Source: Candidatus Methylomirabilota bacterium
GTDB lineage: Bacteria; Methylomirabilota; Methylomirabilia; Rokubacteriales; CSP1-6
Direction of reading: 5' to 3'
Length of the DNA stretch: 46,015 nucleotides
Assembly: GCA_046726415.1 (NCBI GenBank)
Contig: JBKPAK010000090.1
Coordinates: 1-46,015, forward strand
How positions within the stretch are numbered: the stretch's first letter is position 1; every line of letters begins with the position of its first letter. Below, piece after piece: positions 28,264 to 37,553 of the stretch. The translations under genes were made by a program, and so were the position numbers. The notes under the pieces were generated by a model. It was not told the DNA's origin and made no database searches. It worked only from the letters and a program-made list of their open reading frames with translations.

Positions 28264-29306
28264 CCCTCGAACAGACCTGGCTGCGAGCGCCCGGAGACCG
28301 AAGGTGTCCGGCCGAGGTGGGCGTACGCGTCACGCGTCACCCGGCGGCCGGACGGCGTGCGCACCACGAATCCGATCTTGAGCAGATAGGGCTCGACCAG
28401 TTCGGCGAGCGTCTCCGCCTCGTCGTTGATCGTGGCGGCCACGGCTTCTATGCCCACCGGACCCCCGTCATAGTGGTCGACGATGGCCGTGAGGAAGCGC
28501 CGGTCGAGGCGGTCCAGTCCGCGGGCGTCGACTCCCTCCCGATCCAGGGCGTCGGCGGCGAGCGGGCCGGTGATGGTGCCGTCACCGCTCACCTGGGCGT
28601 AGTCGCGCACGCGCTTGAGCAACCGGTTGACGATGCGCGGGGTGCCCCGCGAGCGGCGGGCGATCTCGCGCGCGCCCACCGTATCGATGCGCGCGACGAG
28701 AATGTCGGCCGAGCGCATGACGATCCGGCACAGCTCTTCCTCGGAGTAGAAGTCGAGGTGATGGAAGATACCGAAGCGCTCGCGCAGCGGGGCCGACAGC
28801 ATGCCCGGCCGCGTGGTGGCCGCCACCAGGGTGAAGGGCAGCAGCTGGTACTTGAGGGTCCGCGCGTGGAGCCCCTTGTCGATGACGAAGTTCACGGCGA
28901 AATCTTCCATGGCGGGGTAGAGTAGCTCCTCCACCGCCCGGGGAAGCCGATGGACCTCGTCGATGAAGAGGACGTCGTGCCGGCCCAGGTTCGTGAGGAT
29001 CCCCATGAGATCCGCCCCCCGCTCGATGGCCGGTCCGGAGGTGGGGACGAGATTGGTGCCCATTGCGTTGGCGAGGATACCGGCCAGCGTCGTCTTGCCG
29101 AGACCGGGCGGGCCGTAGAGCAGCACGTGATCCACGCACTCGGCCCGCTGGCGCGCCGCCTCCACTGACACCCGCAGGCTGGCCACGGCCTGCTCCTGGC
29201 CGATATACTCGGCAAAGGAGCGCGGTCGCAGTTGGCGCTCGAACGGGGCTTCCTCCGGCGCGGCCGCCCGGCTCAGCATCGCGTCCCGGGCCGGCGTCGC
29301 GCTCAT
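28260..29306 (-). CDS. ruvB: Holliday junction helicase RuvB
   Basis: [38 protein letters not shown] and SRGTPRI; ATG start at 29306. Confidence 0.97.
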   Translation of the reverse strand: MSATPARDAMLSRAAAPEEAPFERQLRPRSFAEYIGQEQAVASLRVSVEAARQRAECVDHVLLYGPPGLGKTTLAGILANAMGTNLVPTSGPAIERGADLMGILTNLGRHDVLFIDEVHRLPRAVEELLYPAMEDFAVNFVIDKGLHARTLKYQLLPFTLVAATTRPGMLSAPLRERFGIFHHLDFYSEEELCRIVMRSADILVARIDTVGAREIARRSRGTPRIVNRLLKRVRDYAQVSGDGTITGPLAADALDREGVDARGLDRLDRRFLTAIVDHYDGGPVGIEAVAATINDEAETLAELVEPYLLKIGFVVRTPSGRRVTRDAYAHLGRTPSVSGRSQPGLFEG

Positions 29307-29965
29307 GCCGTGGCCTTCGACGTGGCCGGCCAGGCGCGATAGATCTCCTCGAACAACTCTTCGGGTGTGGCCACCTCGGGTCGCCGCGTGAGGGCATCGC
29401 TGATGAGCTGCGATGCCTCGCTCGGGCGGTGACCAAGCTGCTTGACGAGCACCTCCCACACCAGCTCCCGCAGGGCCTCGGTGTCGGCTGGGGCCGCCGT
29501 CGCGACGGGTGCCGCGGTAGCCGTCTCGTCGCGAGTGAGCGCAAATTTGGCCACCTTGCCCTGGAGCTGAGCGACGATATTCTTGGCCTTCTGAGGGCCG
29601 ATGCCGGGCAAGGCTCGCAGGAACTTCTCGTCCTGGCGGGCGATGGCGGACGCCACCTCGCCCACCGAGACGGCCAAGGCGCGCGCCGCGACCATGGGAC
29701 CGATGTCCTTCACCGTGATCAGCTTCTCGAAAAACTCCTTGTCGAGATCGGCGGTGAACCCTATGAGCACGGGGCGTGGCTGGTCGCGCGTGGCGTGGTA
29801 ATAGATGACCAGCTCCAACTGGTCCCCTCTCGGTCCCGCCTCCTCCCGCTCGATCCGCTGCATCACGGTCGGAGGCAGAAACACCTCGTAGCCGACGCCG
29901 CCCACCTCGAGCACGATCCGATCCTCGAGCTTGTGGCGGAGGCGCCCGGACAGCGTGGCGATCAT
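29303..29965 (-). CDS. ruvA: Holliday junction DNA-binding protein RuvA
   Basis: [15 protein letters not shown] and two HhH motifs ([15 protein letters not shown]); SD AGGAGG. Confidence 0.93.
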   Translation of the reverse strand: MIATLSGRLRHKLEDRIVLEVGGVGYEVFLPPTVMQRIEREEAGPRGDQLELVIYYHATRDQPRPVLIGFTADLDKEFFEKLITVKDIGPMVAARALAVSVGEVASAIARQDEKFLRALPGIGPQKAKNIVAQLQGKVAKFALTRDETATAAPVATAAPADTEALRELVWEVLVKQLGHRPSEASQLISDALTRRPEVATPEELFEEIYRAWPATSKATA

Positions 29966-30447
29966 GGAAGACCTCCTGCCCGCGACAGGCCGGTGAGGGC
30001 GAGGGCCAGCGCATCGGCGACGTGCGACGAGCGCGGCGGGCGGTCGAGCTGGAGCAAGCGCTGGACCGACGCCTGGATCTGCTGCTTGGAGGCGGCCCCG
30101 TTCGCCGCGATGGCGCGCTTCACGGTGGCCGGCGGGAGAGTCACGATGGCGACCTGGCACTGGCGCCCGGCCAGACAAATGACGCCGCGCGCATGCGCCA
30201 TGAGGATGGCCGTGCGCGGGAACTTGTACTCGGTGTAGAGGTCCTCCAGCGCCACCACATCTGGCGCGAAGGCCTCGAGGACCTCGACCGTCCCGTCGTA
30301 CACGCGGCCCAGGCGGGTCTCCAACGGCAGGTCCGAGGGGGCGTTGATGACGCCGGTGGTCACCAGCTCGATGCCGCGCGCGCCGCGGGCGAGCACGGCG
30401 TAGCCGGTATCCACGAGGCCGGGATCGATGCCAAGGACGCGCTGCAC
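29962..30447 (-). CDS. ruvC: Crossover junction endodeoxyribonuclease RuvC
   Basis: VLGIDPG, ALEDLY, AHARGV, ASKQQI and ADALALA; GTG start at 30447. Confidence 0.95.
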   Translation of the reverse strand: MQRVLGIDPGLVDTGYAVLARGARGIELVTTGVINAPSDLPLETRLGRVYDGTVEVLEAFAPDVVALEDLYTEYKFPRTAILMAHARGVICLAGRQCQVAIVTLPPATVKRAIAANGAASKQQIQASVQRLLQLDRPPRSSHVADALALALTGLSRAGGLP

Positions 30448-30481
30448 CGCGCGCGCAGGGAATGCCCCTGTGCGAAGATGC

Positions 30482-31234
30482 TCAGGCCGCCGAGATGGCC
30501 TCGATGACGTCGTCCGGAATATCAAAGTTGGAGTACACGTTCTGCACGTCGTCCAGCTCTTCCAGCGCCTCGATGAGACGCAGCACGGCCGGCGCCTCCT
30601 TGCCCTCTACGCGAACCGTCGACTGGGGGACGAACGATACCTCCGCCCGAAGCACGGGGACCCCCTTGGCCTCGAGCGCACCGCGTACGGGGTCTATTTC
30701 ACCAGGAGCGGTGGTGACTTCGAAAGCTTTTTCGACCTGCTTCACGTCGGTGGCGCCGGCGTCGAGGGCGACCGCGAGCAGGTCATCCTCGCCAATCTTG
30801 GTTCCGTCGACCTGGATCACGCCCTTGCGCTCGAACATCCAGGCCACGGCCCCGGCGCCTCCCATGTTGCCGCCGTGCTTCTCGAAGGCGCGCCGCACCT
30901 CGGGCCCCGTGCGGTTGCGATTGTCGGTCACGACCTGCACCATCACGGCCACACCCCCTGGCGCGTAGCCCTCGTACGTGATCTCCTCGTACGACTCCCC
31001 GGGGAGCTCACCGGTACCCTTCTGGATGGCGCGCTTAATGTTGTCCTGCGGCATGTTGGCGTCCCGCGCAGCCTCCACGGCGGACTTGAGGCGCATGTTG
31101 ACCTTGGAATCGCCGCCGCCATTGCGGGCCGCCACGGTGATCTCGCGCAGGATTTTCGAGAAGAGCTTCCCGCGCTCGACGTCCGCCTTGCCCTTCTTTC
31201 GCTTGATCTGTGACCATCGGGAATGCCCAGACAT
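30482..31234 (-). CDS. YebC/PmpR family protein
   Basis: MSGHSRWSQIKRKK, YEGYAPGG, TDNRNRT and LEELDDVQNVYSN; upstream of ruvC as usual. Confidence 0.96.
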   Translation of the reverse strand: MSGHSRWSQIKRKKGKADVERGKLFSKILREITVAARNGGGDSKVNMRLKSAVEAARDANMPQDNIKRAIQKGTGELPGESYEEITYEGYAPGGVAVMVQVVTDNRNRTGPEVRRAFEKHGGNMGGAGAVAWMFERKGVIQVDGTKIGEDDLLAVALDAGATDVKQVEKAFEVTTAPGEIDPVRGALEAKGVPVLRAEVSFVPQSTVRVEGKEAPAVLRLIEALEELDDVQNVYSNFDIPDDVIEAISAA

Positions 31235-31238
31235 CGCT

Positions 31239-32225
31239 CTATCCCCTCTCGTTCTGAATGGCGGCCCGCAGCCGCTTCACCCGTGAGAGCCGCATCGCGC
31301 GCCGGGCCACGGCCGCATCCCAGCGCCTCCGCTGGCCCGGGGTCTCCGGCGTAAAGGGAGGGCACGGTCGCGGGCGCAGGTCAGGGCCGAGGTGGACAAA
31401 GGTGAGAAAGGCCGTACAGGTGTGTCGCACCTCGCCCGTCCACGGTTTCTCTGCGAAGACCCTGACCCCGATCTCCAGCGACGACGTCCCCACGTAATTC
31501 AGGCTAGCCTTGAACGTGACGACCTCGTGACTCCAGACCGGCGAATAGAAGTCCAGGGCGTCCAGACACGCCGTCATCACGAATCCACGGCAGTATCGCA
31601 TCGACAGGATGCCGCCCGCCTCGTCGATATCCATCAGCATCTTGCCGGCAAACATCATGTTGCCGAAGAGCGCGTCCTCCGGAAGCACCGAGCGCACCGT
31701 CTCGAAGTGCCACGGCCCGTTTTCCTCGTCAGTCGAGACCTCCTCGCGCTTCCCCACCGTCCTCCCGCGCAGACGAGTGAGTCGCTGGGCGCGCCGGGCT
31801 TGCGCTGCCTCCACCCGCGCGGCTTCGGCCGCGTCGCGGGGCGCAATCGGCTCGGGCACGGCACGCGGGTGCGCGTCCTCGTCAACGCTCACGAAGACGA
31901 GGTGCGAGTTGAGGGTGACTGTTCGAGTGCCTGTGGTCACGTTCTCCGACCACACCCGCACTCCCACCTCCAGCGAGGTCGTGCCCACGTACTCGACCTG
32001 CGCGCGCAGGATGGCGATCTCGGCGACCTTGACGGGTTCGAGGAAATCGATGTCATCCATGGCGCCCAGGACGACCGTGCCGCGCGCCACGCGCGAGGCG
32101 GCCAAGGTGCCCGCTTGAGCGATCCATTGCATCATGCGGCCCCCGTGGATCTGTCCTGGCGCCCCCGCGTGCTCGGGAAACACCCACTGGATCATCTCGA
32201 CGGTCGTATCGGAGATTGACGGCAT
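31239..32225 (-). CDS. Tandem (double hotdog) acyl-CoA thioesterase
   Basis: Two hotdog repeats (GQIHGGRMM..DFLEPV..VGTTSLEVGV; NMMFAGKML..DFYSPV..VGTSSLEIGV); ATG start at 32225. Confidence 0.88.
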   Translation of the reverse strand: MPSISDTTVEMIQWVFPEHAGAPGQIHGGRMMQWIAQAGTLAASRVARGTVVLGAMDDIDFLEPVKVAEIAILRAQVEYVGTTSLEVGVRVWSENVTTGTRTVTLNSHLVFVSVDEDAHPRAVPEPIAPRDAAEAARVEAAQARRAQRLTRLRGRTVGKREEVSTDEENGPWHFETVRSVLPEDALFGNMMFAGKMLMDIDEAGGILSMRYCRGFVMTACLDALDFYSPVWSHEVVTFKASLNYVGTSSLEIGVRVFAEKPWTGEVRHTCTAFLTFVHLGPDLRPRPCPPFTPETPGQRRRWDAAVARRAMRLSRVKRLRAAIQNERG

Positions 32226-32467
32226 CCGTGTCTGCGGGACGCGCACCCCCGGGCGAGGCGGTACGGATCTTCTATCACGGGCCCCCAGCCCGCGCAACGA
32301 TGCGGCCGGGAACAACCGCGGAAAACCGCTATCACCGAGGAGGCTCTCAGCGTCCGACGGGGGAGGCCCGATCGGGTCAAACCTGGCGCGGCATGGGGAG
32401 AACCTCGCTTCCCCTGGGTTCTCCGAGCCGTGGGGTGGGAGGCCTTTCTGGCCCCGGGTACGTGCTC

Positions 32468-33646
32468 CTAAACCTCGGCCCAGTGCCCCTCGTTGCCGAC
32501 GGTTTCCGCGACTTGAACGAGCCGAAAGGCAAAACGAGCGCCCCGTCCGAATCCGCTCTCGACCCAGATGCGCCCGCCGTGCGCCTCGATGACCCGTCGG
32601 CAGATCAGCAGACCCAGTCCGGTGCCGGACGCTCTCGAACGCCGCCCTTCCTCGGCCTGGCCGAAGCGCTCGAAAAGCAGCGGGATTTCTTCGGATGGGA
32701 TCCCCGGGCCAGAATCGGTGACAGACACTTCGATCTCGCCCTCGACGGAGCACACTCTCACGGCCACCGTGCCGCCCTTCGGGGTGAACTTCAGCGCGTT
32801 GCCCAGGAGGTTCATGAGCACTTGATCGAGACGTCCAGCGTCGCCGAGAACCCGCAGGGGCCGCTCGGTGCCCGAGACCTCGAGCGTGATGCCCCGACGG
32901 CTGGCGGCGGCGGCGAATCGCCCGGCCACACTGGCCACGAAGGCAGCAAGGTCCACTGGTCGGGGCTCGCCGACAAACCGGCCGGCGTCGATCTTGTACA
33001 GGTCGAGGATCTCCGAGAGAAGGCCGGCCATCTGGGTACAGCAGGCCTGCATGTTCCGCAGGTAACGGGCCTGGGCCTCGCGGCCTCCCCTCGGCCCGTC
33101 CTCGATCAGATCCAGATATCCCTGCACGACGGTGAGCGGCGTGCGCAGGTCATGCACGAGCATCGCCAGAAAGTCCACGCGGACGTCACCCAGGTCGCGC
33201 AGCAAGTGAGCTCGGCGGATCGCCCCCCAGACACGGGCGGCAACCAACGCGGATGATACCGGGCGGCAGATGTAATCGACCGCGCCTTCGCCAAGCGTGC
33301 GCTCCATGCTCTCCATGCTTGCCTCTTCCCCGCTCAGCACGATCACGGGAACGTGCCGGGTACGGGGATCCCTGCGCAGTCGGTCCAGGAGCACATCTCG
33401 GTGAAGCCCAGGGAGGCCGGCGTCGAGGAGGAGGCAATCGGGGCGGAGCGTCTGAGCGAGCACGACTCCCGTGCCGACATCGGCCACCTCGACCACCCGG
33501 CCGCGGGAATCCTCGACCAGATCGGCGAGCAGCGCGTGAACGCGGAGATCGTCGTGCATCACCAGAATGGTGGACGCTGGTTCGGGCCGCGCGGTCAGGC
33601 GAGGATCCTGCGGCTCGATGTCCGGACGGGTCTCGATATCGTTCAT
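32468..33646 (-). CDS. Cytoplasmic hybrid histidine kinase (receiver-HisKA-HATPase) with an atypical receiver
   Basis: Receiver PDCLLLDAGLP; H-box VHDLRTPL; N-box NLLGNALKF; G-boxes DSGPGI and GTGLGL; 4-nt overlap with the upstream kinase. Confidence 0.9.
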   Translation of the reverse strand: MNDIETRPDIEPQDPRLTARPEPASTILVMHDDLRVHALLADLVEDSRGRVVEVADVGTGVVLAQTLRPDCLLLDAGLPGLHRDVLLDRLRRDPRTRHVPVIVLSGEEASMESMERTLGEGAVDYICRPVSSALVAARVWGAIRRAHLLRDLGDVRVDFLAMLVHDLRTPLTVVQGYLDLIEDGPRGGREAQARYLRNMQACCTQMAGLLSEILDLYKIDAGRFVGEPRPVDLAAFVASVAGRFAAAASRRGITLEVSGTERPLRVLGDAGRLDQVLMNLLGNALKFTPKGGTVAVRVCSVEGEIEVSVTDSGPGIPSEEIPLLFERFGQAEEGRRSRASGTGLGLLICRRVIEAHGGRIWVESGFGRGARFAFRLVQVAETVGNEGHWAEV

Positions 33647-35532
33647 AGCACCTCGCGTGAGGGAGCGGGCGGGGTGGGAACGAGAGGGAGCAGAATCCGA
33701 AAGGTGGTACCCGCGCCGAGGGTGCTGCTCACCATGATGGACCCCCCGTGGTCCTCGATGATTTTGTGGGTCAGCGCTAGTCCGAGCCCGGTTCCGTTTT
33801 CCTTGGTGGTGAAGAACGGAGTGAAGATGCGGTCCATGGCGCCGGCCGGCATGCCGGAGCCGGTGTCGACGATCTCCACGCGCAGACGGGGGCCAGTGCG
33901 TCCACGCCGAGTTCCGAGGTCCGGTTCCCGCTCATCGCTCCAGCCCACGCGCAGGGTGAGCCAGCCCCCGCCTTCCATGGCGTCGAGCGCATTGGCCACG
34001 AGATTGACGAAGGCCCGATACAGCAGTTCCTCGTCGGCCTCAATCGGCAAGATGGTCGCGGCATACTCCCGGATCACCCGGACTCTCTGGGCGTCGATGC
34101 GGTGGCCGTACAACTCCACCGCCCGGTCGAGCAGGGCCGGCACGAGGATCGCGCCCGGGGTGAGACGTCCCGGGCGAGAGAGCTCGAGTAGGCGTTCCAC
34201 GATCCCGTTGATGCGCTCCAACTCGCGAGGCACGATGCTCTGGAACTTCTCGCGAAAGCCCGCGTCGTCGAAACGCCGCGTCAGGTGCCGCGTGAAGGTG
34301 AGCAGCGACGTCAGCGGGTTTTTGATCTCGTGAGCCAAACCGGCGGCCAAGGTGCCGACCGCGGCGAGCCGGTCGGAGCGCTCGAGCTGCCGCTGGAGCT
34401 CGCGGACGACCGTGAGATCGCGCAGGACTCCCACCACGCCGAGATCCTTGCCATCACCACCCTTGAGGGGAGCCACGCTGAACTCGATAGGCACTGAGGC
34501 CCCGTTCCGCCGAACGAGGGCCAAGGGAACTCCGGGCGCGTCGGAACGGCTGGCCAGGGTCTCCATGAGGATGTCGCCAATGATCGGACTATCCCGGAAT
34601 ACCTCGGTGCAGTAGCGGCCCGCCGTCTCTCCCGCGAAGAAGCCGGTCAGGAGCTCCGCCGCGGGGTTCAGGGTGACGACGCGGCCCTCCAGGTCGACGG
34701 TCACGATCCCCGTCTTCACACTGGCCAGGATGTTGTCGGTGTAGCTCTTGAGGTCAGCCAGCTCCTCGAAACGCTGACGCAGCTCGGCGTGCGCGACCTC
34801 CAGGGCTCTGCGCTGCTGGGCCAGCTGAGCCGCCATATGGTTGAACGCCACGGCGAGACGCCCGATCTCGTCGAGAGTCGTCGGCTCGATGCGGTGGCTG
34901 AGCTCACCGCGCGAGATCGCGGCCACCCCATCGGCGAGCCGCTGGACGGGCCGCGCGATGCGCCTGGCCACGAGGGCCGCGGCCAGTCCGCCCAACACGA
35001 TGGTCACCGCAGTGAGCGCCCCAAGCTCGAGGCGCGTCCTGAGGATCTCGCGCTCCATGCGTCGCTTGGAGAGCCCGACGCGCGCGGTGCCCCAGCGGCG
35101 GTTGTCCACGATCACGGGAACCGTGAAGTCATAGAGGCCCTCGCGATTGGCAGGGTCGCGCGTGTCCTGCACGAGCGGTTCCGGAGCCTGCACAGCCCGG
35201 TGATCTACCTCCGTGCCGAGGGAGCGGCCCACGGTCTCCGGATAGCGACTGTGCGCGGCGACACGCCCCTCGCCGTCCAGCACCAGGGCATAGACCACGT
35301 CCACTTCCCGCGCGATGTGGGCGGCATTTTGCTCGAGCCCGGTGAAGTTGTAGAGGAGAAGGTTGCCCGATGCCATGGCGGCCAGGTTCCGAGAGAGCAC
35401 CCGCCCCCGGGTCTTTACCTGGTCGACGATTGCCGCACTCTGTCGGTGCTCGACCACTGCGAATACCGCGGACATGACGAAGACGATCACCAGAATCGAG
35501 CCCCACAGGAACTTCGCGCGGAGGGAGGTCAT
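33643..35532 (-). CDS. Membrane sensor histidine kinase (TM-extracytoplasmic Cache-like domain-TM-HAMP-PAS-HisKA-HATPase), NtrB-like
   Basis: Two TM segments about 130 aa apart, HAMP (DEIGRLAVAFNHM), PAS (GIVTVDLEGRVVTLNPAA), AHEIKNPL, PFFTTK and GTGLGL; ATG 35532 overlaps the binding-protein stop. Confidence 0.92.
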   Translation of the reverse strand: MTSLRAKFLWGSILVIVFVMSAVFAVVEHRQSAAIVDQVKTRGRVLSRNLAAMASGNLLLYNFTGLEQNAAHIAREVDVVYALVLDGEGRVAAHSRYPETVGRSLGTEVDHRAVQAPEPLVQDTRDPANREGLYDFTVPVIVDNRRWGTARVGLSKRRMEREILRTRLELGALTAVTIVLGGLAAALVARRIARPVQRLADGVAAISRGELSHRIEPTTLDEIGRLAVAFNHMAAQLAQQRRALEVAHAELRQRFEELADLKSYTDNILASVKTGIVTVDLEGRVVTLNPAAELLTGFFAGETAGRYCTEVFRDSPIIGDILMETLASRSDAPGVPLALVRRNGASVPIEFSVAPLKGGDGKDLGVVGVLRDLTVVRELQRQLERSDRLAAVGTLAAGLAHEIKNPLTSLLTFTRHLTRRFDDAGFREKFQSIVPRELERINGIVERLLELSRPGRLTPGAILVPALLDRAVELYGHRIDAQRVRVIREYAATILPIEADEELLYRAFVNLVANALDAMEGGGWLTLRVGWSDEREPDLGTRRGRTGPRLRVEIVDTGSGMPAGAMDRIFTPFFTTKENGTGLGLALTHKIIEDHGGSIMVSSTLGAGTTFRILLPLVPTPPAPSREVL

Positions 35533-37157
35533 CGCGGGCCCTCCAGCCAGATCTTGCGCAGCGGGATGTACGGATCGCCCAGGCCGTTCACCTCGATGCT
35601 CCGCACGTAGGGCTGGAAGAGGCGTTCGTAGGTGTAGTGCCACATGGGAATGATCGGCACGTCGTCGATGATGATCTGTTCGGCGCGGCGGTACAGCTCC
35701 ATTCGGCGCGGAAGGTCATCCTCCTGGCGCGCACGGCTCAGCAGATCGTCCACCTGCGCGTTGGCATAACCGGTGACGTTGCGAGGGCTCTTCGAGAAAA
35801 ACAGCTTGGTGAGGAAGTTATCGGGGTCAGGCACGTCGGCGAACCACGCCTGCAGGAAGAAGGGAAGCTTGCCTTCGGCCAGCAGGCGCGCGAACGTGGG
35901 CCAGTCCGTCTCGTAGCGAACCTCGAGCGGCACGCCGATAGCGGCGAGGGCCGCCTTGATGGCCTGATGCTCGCGACTCAGCCGTTCGCTTCTGACGCTC
36001 GACCACAGGGTCAGTGGCGGGAACCTTCTGCCCTCTCCGTACCCGGCCTCGCGCAGCAGGGCCCGCGCCCGGTCCGGTGCGTACGGTAGGTCGCGCACCT
36101 GAGGGTTGAAGCCCGGTGTCCCCGGTGGAAGAATTCCACGGGCGGGATGATACCGCCTCATGAAAATGACATCGCGGATGCTGTCGCGATCGATCGCGGC
36201 CGCAATGGCCTCCCGGCAACGGCGGTCATCTAGGGGCTTCATCCGCGTATTGAAGCCATAGAACCGCACGCTGAACATAGGCCGCTTTACGTGTTGATAC
36301 GCTCCCGCTCGAGGGCGCGTTTCCGACGGCACCGGGCTGTCCTCGAGATGTCCGGCCTCGAACTCCCGGTAGATGACATCGATCGGCTCGCCCGGGAAGA
36401 TGCGATAGCGCACTTCCGACAAGCGAGGTGGTCCGGCAAAGTACTCGGGATTGGTTGCCAGAACGAGCTCTCGGCCACGGTCCCAACGAACGAACCTGAA
36501 GGGGCCCGTTCCGACCGGATGGTTCCCGAACTTTTCCCCCTGCCGCTCCACGAGGTCGCGAGGAACGATCTTCGCTTGGCCGACGGCGAGGAGAGAGACA
36601 AACGGTGTCAAGGCCTCGGTCAGCGCTACCTGCACCGTGTAGCGGTCGAGGACCGTGATTCCCGGCACAGAGGCCGCCTTTCCCTCGCGGAACGCGCGCC
36701 CCCCCTTGACACCACTGAAGAGGTCGGCGGCCTCCGACTTGACCCGTGGATCGAGCAGCCGGGTGAGCGAATACGCCACGTCGTCGGCAGTCATCTCACG
36801 CCCGTGGTGAAACGCCACGCCTCGGCGTAGGGTGAACGTCCAAGTGAGGCCATCCCGGGACGCCTTCCAGTACGTGGCCAGCGCCGGTGAGATCATGAGG
36901 TTCTGATCGAACTGGACCAGGCCGTCGAAGATCTGTTGGCTCACCGATCGGCTGTAGACATCGCTGATTCGGGCCGGATCCAGCGTGGCTGGCTCGTTTC
37001 CAAGCGGTCGGCGATAGACGCCTCCTCGGCTCGCTCCGTCCTCCTTGACTGTCTCTGCGCCCTGCCCCCACACCGCAACAGGGACAAGGAGCAGGGACAG
37101 TAGAAGGAGCGTAGGCGCGAGGAAGGGCGTGCGACCTCGTAGCGCCGATGAACCTAC
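35529..37157 (-). CDS. Family 5 (OppA/DppA-like) extracellular solute-binding protein; start codon uncertain
   Basis: EPATLDPA, IFDGLVQFD, WTFTLRRGVAFHHG, PVGTGPFRF and WFADVPDPDNFL motifs; signal-like stretch RGRTPFLAPTLLLLSLLLVPVAVWG. The 5' coordinate is approximate. Confidence 0.88.
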   Translation of the reverse strand, partial: VGSSALRGRTPFLAPTLLLLSLLLVPVAVWGQGAETVKEDGASRGGVYRRPLGNEPATLDPARISDVYSRSVSQQIFDGLVQFDQNLMISPALATYWKASRDGLTWTFTLRRGVAFHHGREMTADDVAYSLTRLLDPRVKSEAADLFSGVKGGRAFREGKAASVPGITVLDRYTVQVALTEALTPFVSLLAVGQAKIVPRDLVERQGEKFGNHPVGTGPFRFVRWDRGRELVLATNPEYFAGPPRLSEVRYRIFPGEPIDVIYREFEAGHLEDSPVPSETRPRAGAYQHVKRPMFSVRFYGFNTRMKPLDDRRCREAIAAAIDRDSIRDVIFMRRYHPARGILPPGTPGFNPQVRDLPYAPDRARALLREAGYGEGRRFPPLTLWSSVRSERLSREHQAIKAALAAIGVPLEVRYETDWPTFARLLAEGKLPFFLQAWFADVPDPDNFLTKLFFSKSPRNVTGYANAQVDDLLSRARQEDDLPRRMELYRRAEQIIIDDVPIIPMWHYTYERLFQPYVRSIEVNGLGDPYIPLRKIWLEGPR

Positions 37158-37291
37158 TCTCCGCCTCCGCCTGCATCGGCGTTGCCCACGGCAGCGAAGA
37201 GATTCAGTGAACTGAAGCTTCCGGATTCGACCACGGGAGCGACGAGCACGAAGGACGCGAGGACGAGAAGCACCGCCCAGAGCTTCGTCAT
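37154..37291 (-). CDS. Unannotated 45-aa secreted peptide precursor MTKLWAVLLVLASFVLVAPVVESGSFSSLNLFAAVGNADAGGGGE
   Basis: ATG 37291 to TAG 37154 translated by hand; SD GAGGAG 6 nt upstream; basic N-terminus plus about 17-aa hydrophobic core; first ORF after a sigma54 promoter. Too short to appear in the ORF track. Confidence 0.8.
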   Translation of the reverse strand: MTKLWAVLLVLASFVLVAPVVESGSFSSLNLFAAVGNADAGGGGE

Positions 37292-37367
37292 AGCTGTCTC
37301 CTCTCTGTTGTTGGGGGATCAGCGCCTTCCCACGGCGGGAGACGCATCTGAGCTGGTGGCCCAGTTC

Positions 37368-37383
37368 GGCAATAGCCCTGCCA
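37368..37383 (-). promoter_or_regulatory. Sigma54 (-24/-12) promoter
   Basis: Minus strand TGGCAGGGCTATTGCC versus consensus TGGCAC-N5-TTGC(A/T): GG and GC are exactly 10 nt apart. It lies just downstream of a sigma54 activator gene and about 75 nt upstream of the peptide ATG. Confidence 0.8.
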
Positions 37384-37553
37384 TCGCCTACCGCGAAAAG
37401 TGTTGGATTTTCAGAGACCCGAGAGTTCATCACGTGACCTCTCGCGCCCGCGCAGGGGCAGCCGGGCTCAGGTTGCGGGTCGAATGGTGTGGAAAGGCCC
37501 GATCGCACGGAGGGTTTCGCGCGCTGCCGCGAATCCGTGCACCGTGCACTGCT

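Noticed and set aside
37158-37508. ORF-track N-terminal extension of the family-5 binding protein (659 aa call)
   Set aside because: Arg-rich, non-protein-like sequence that runs across the sigma54 promoter and the better-supported 45-aa ORF in another frame.
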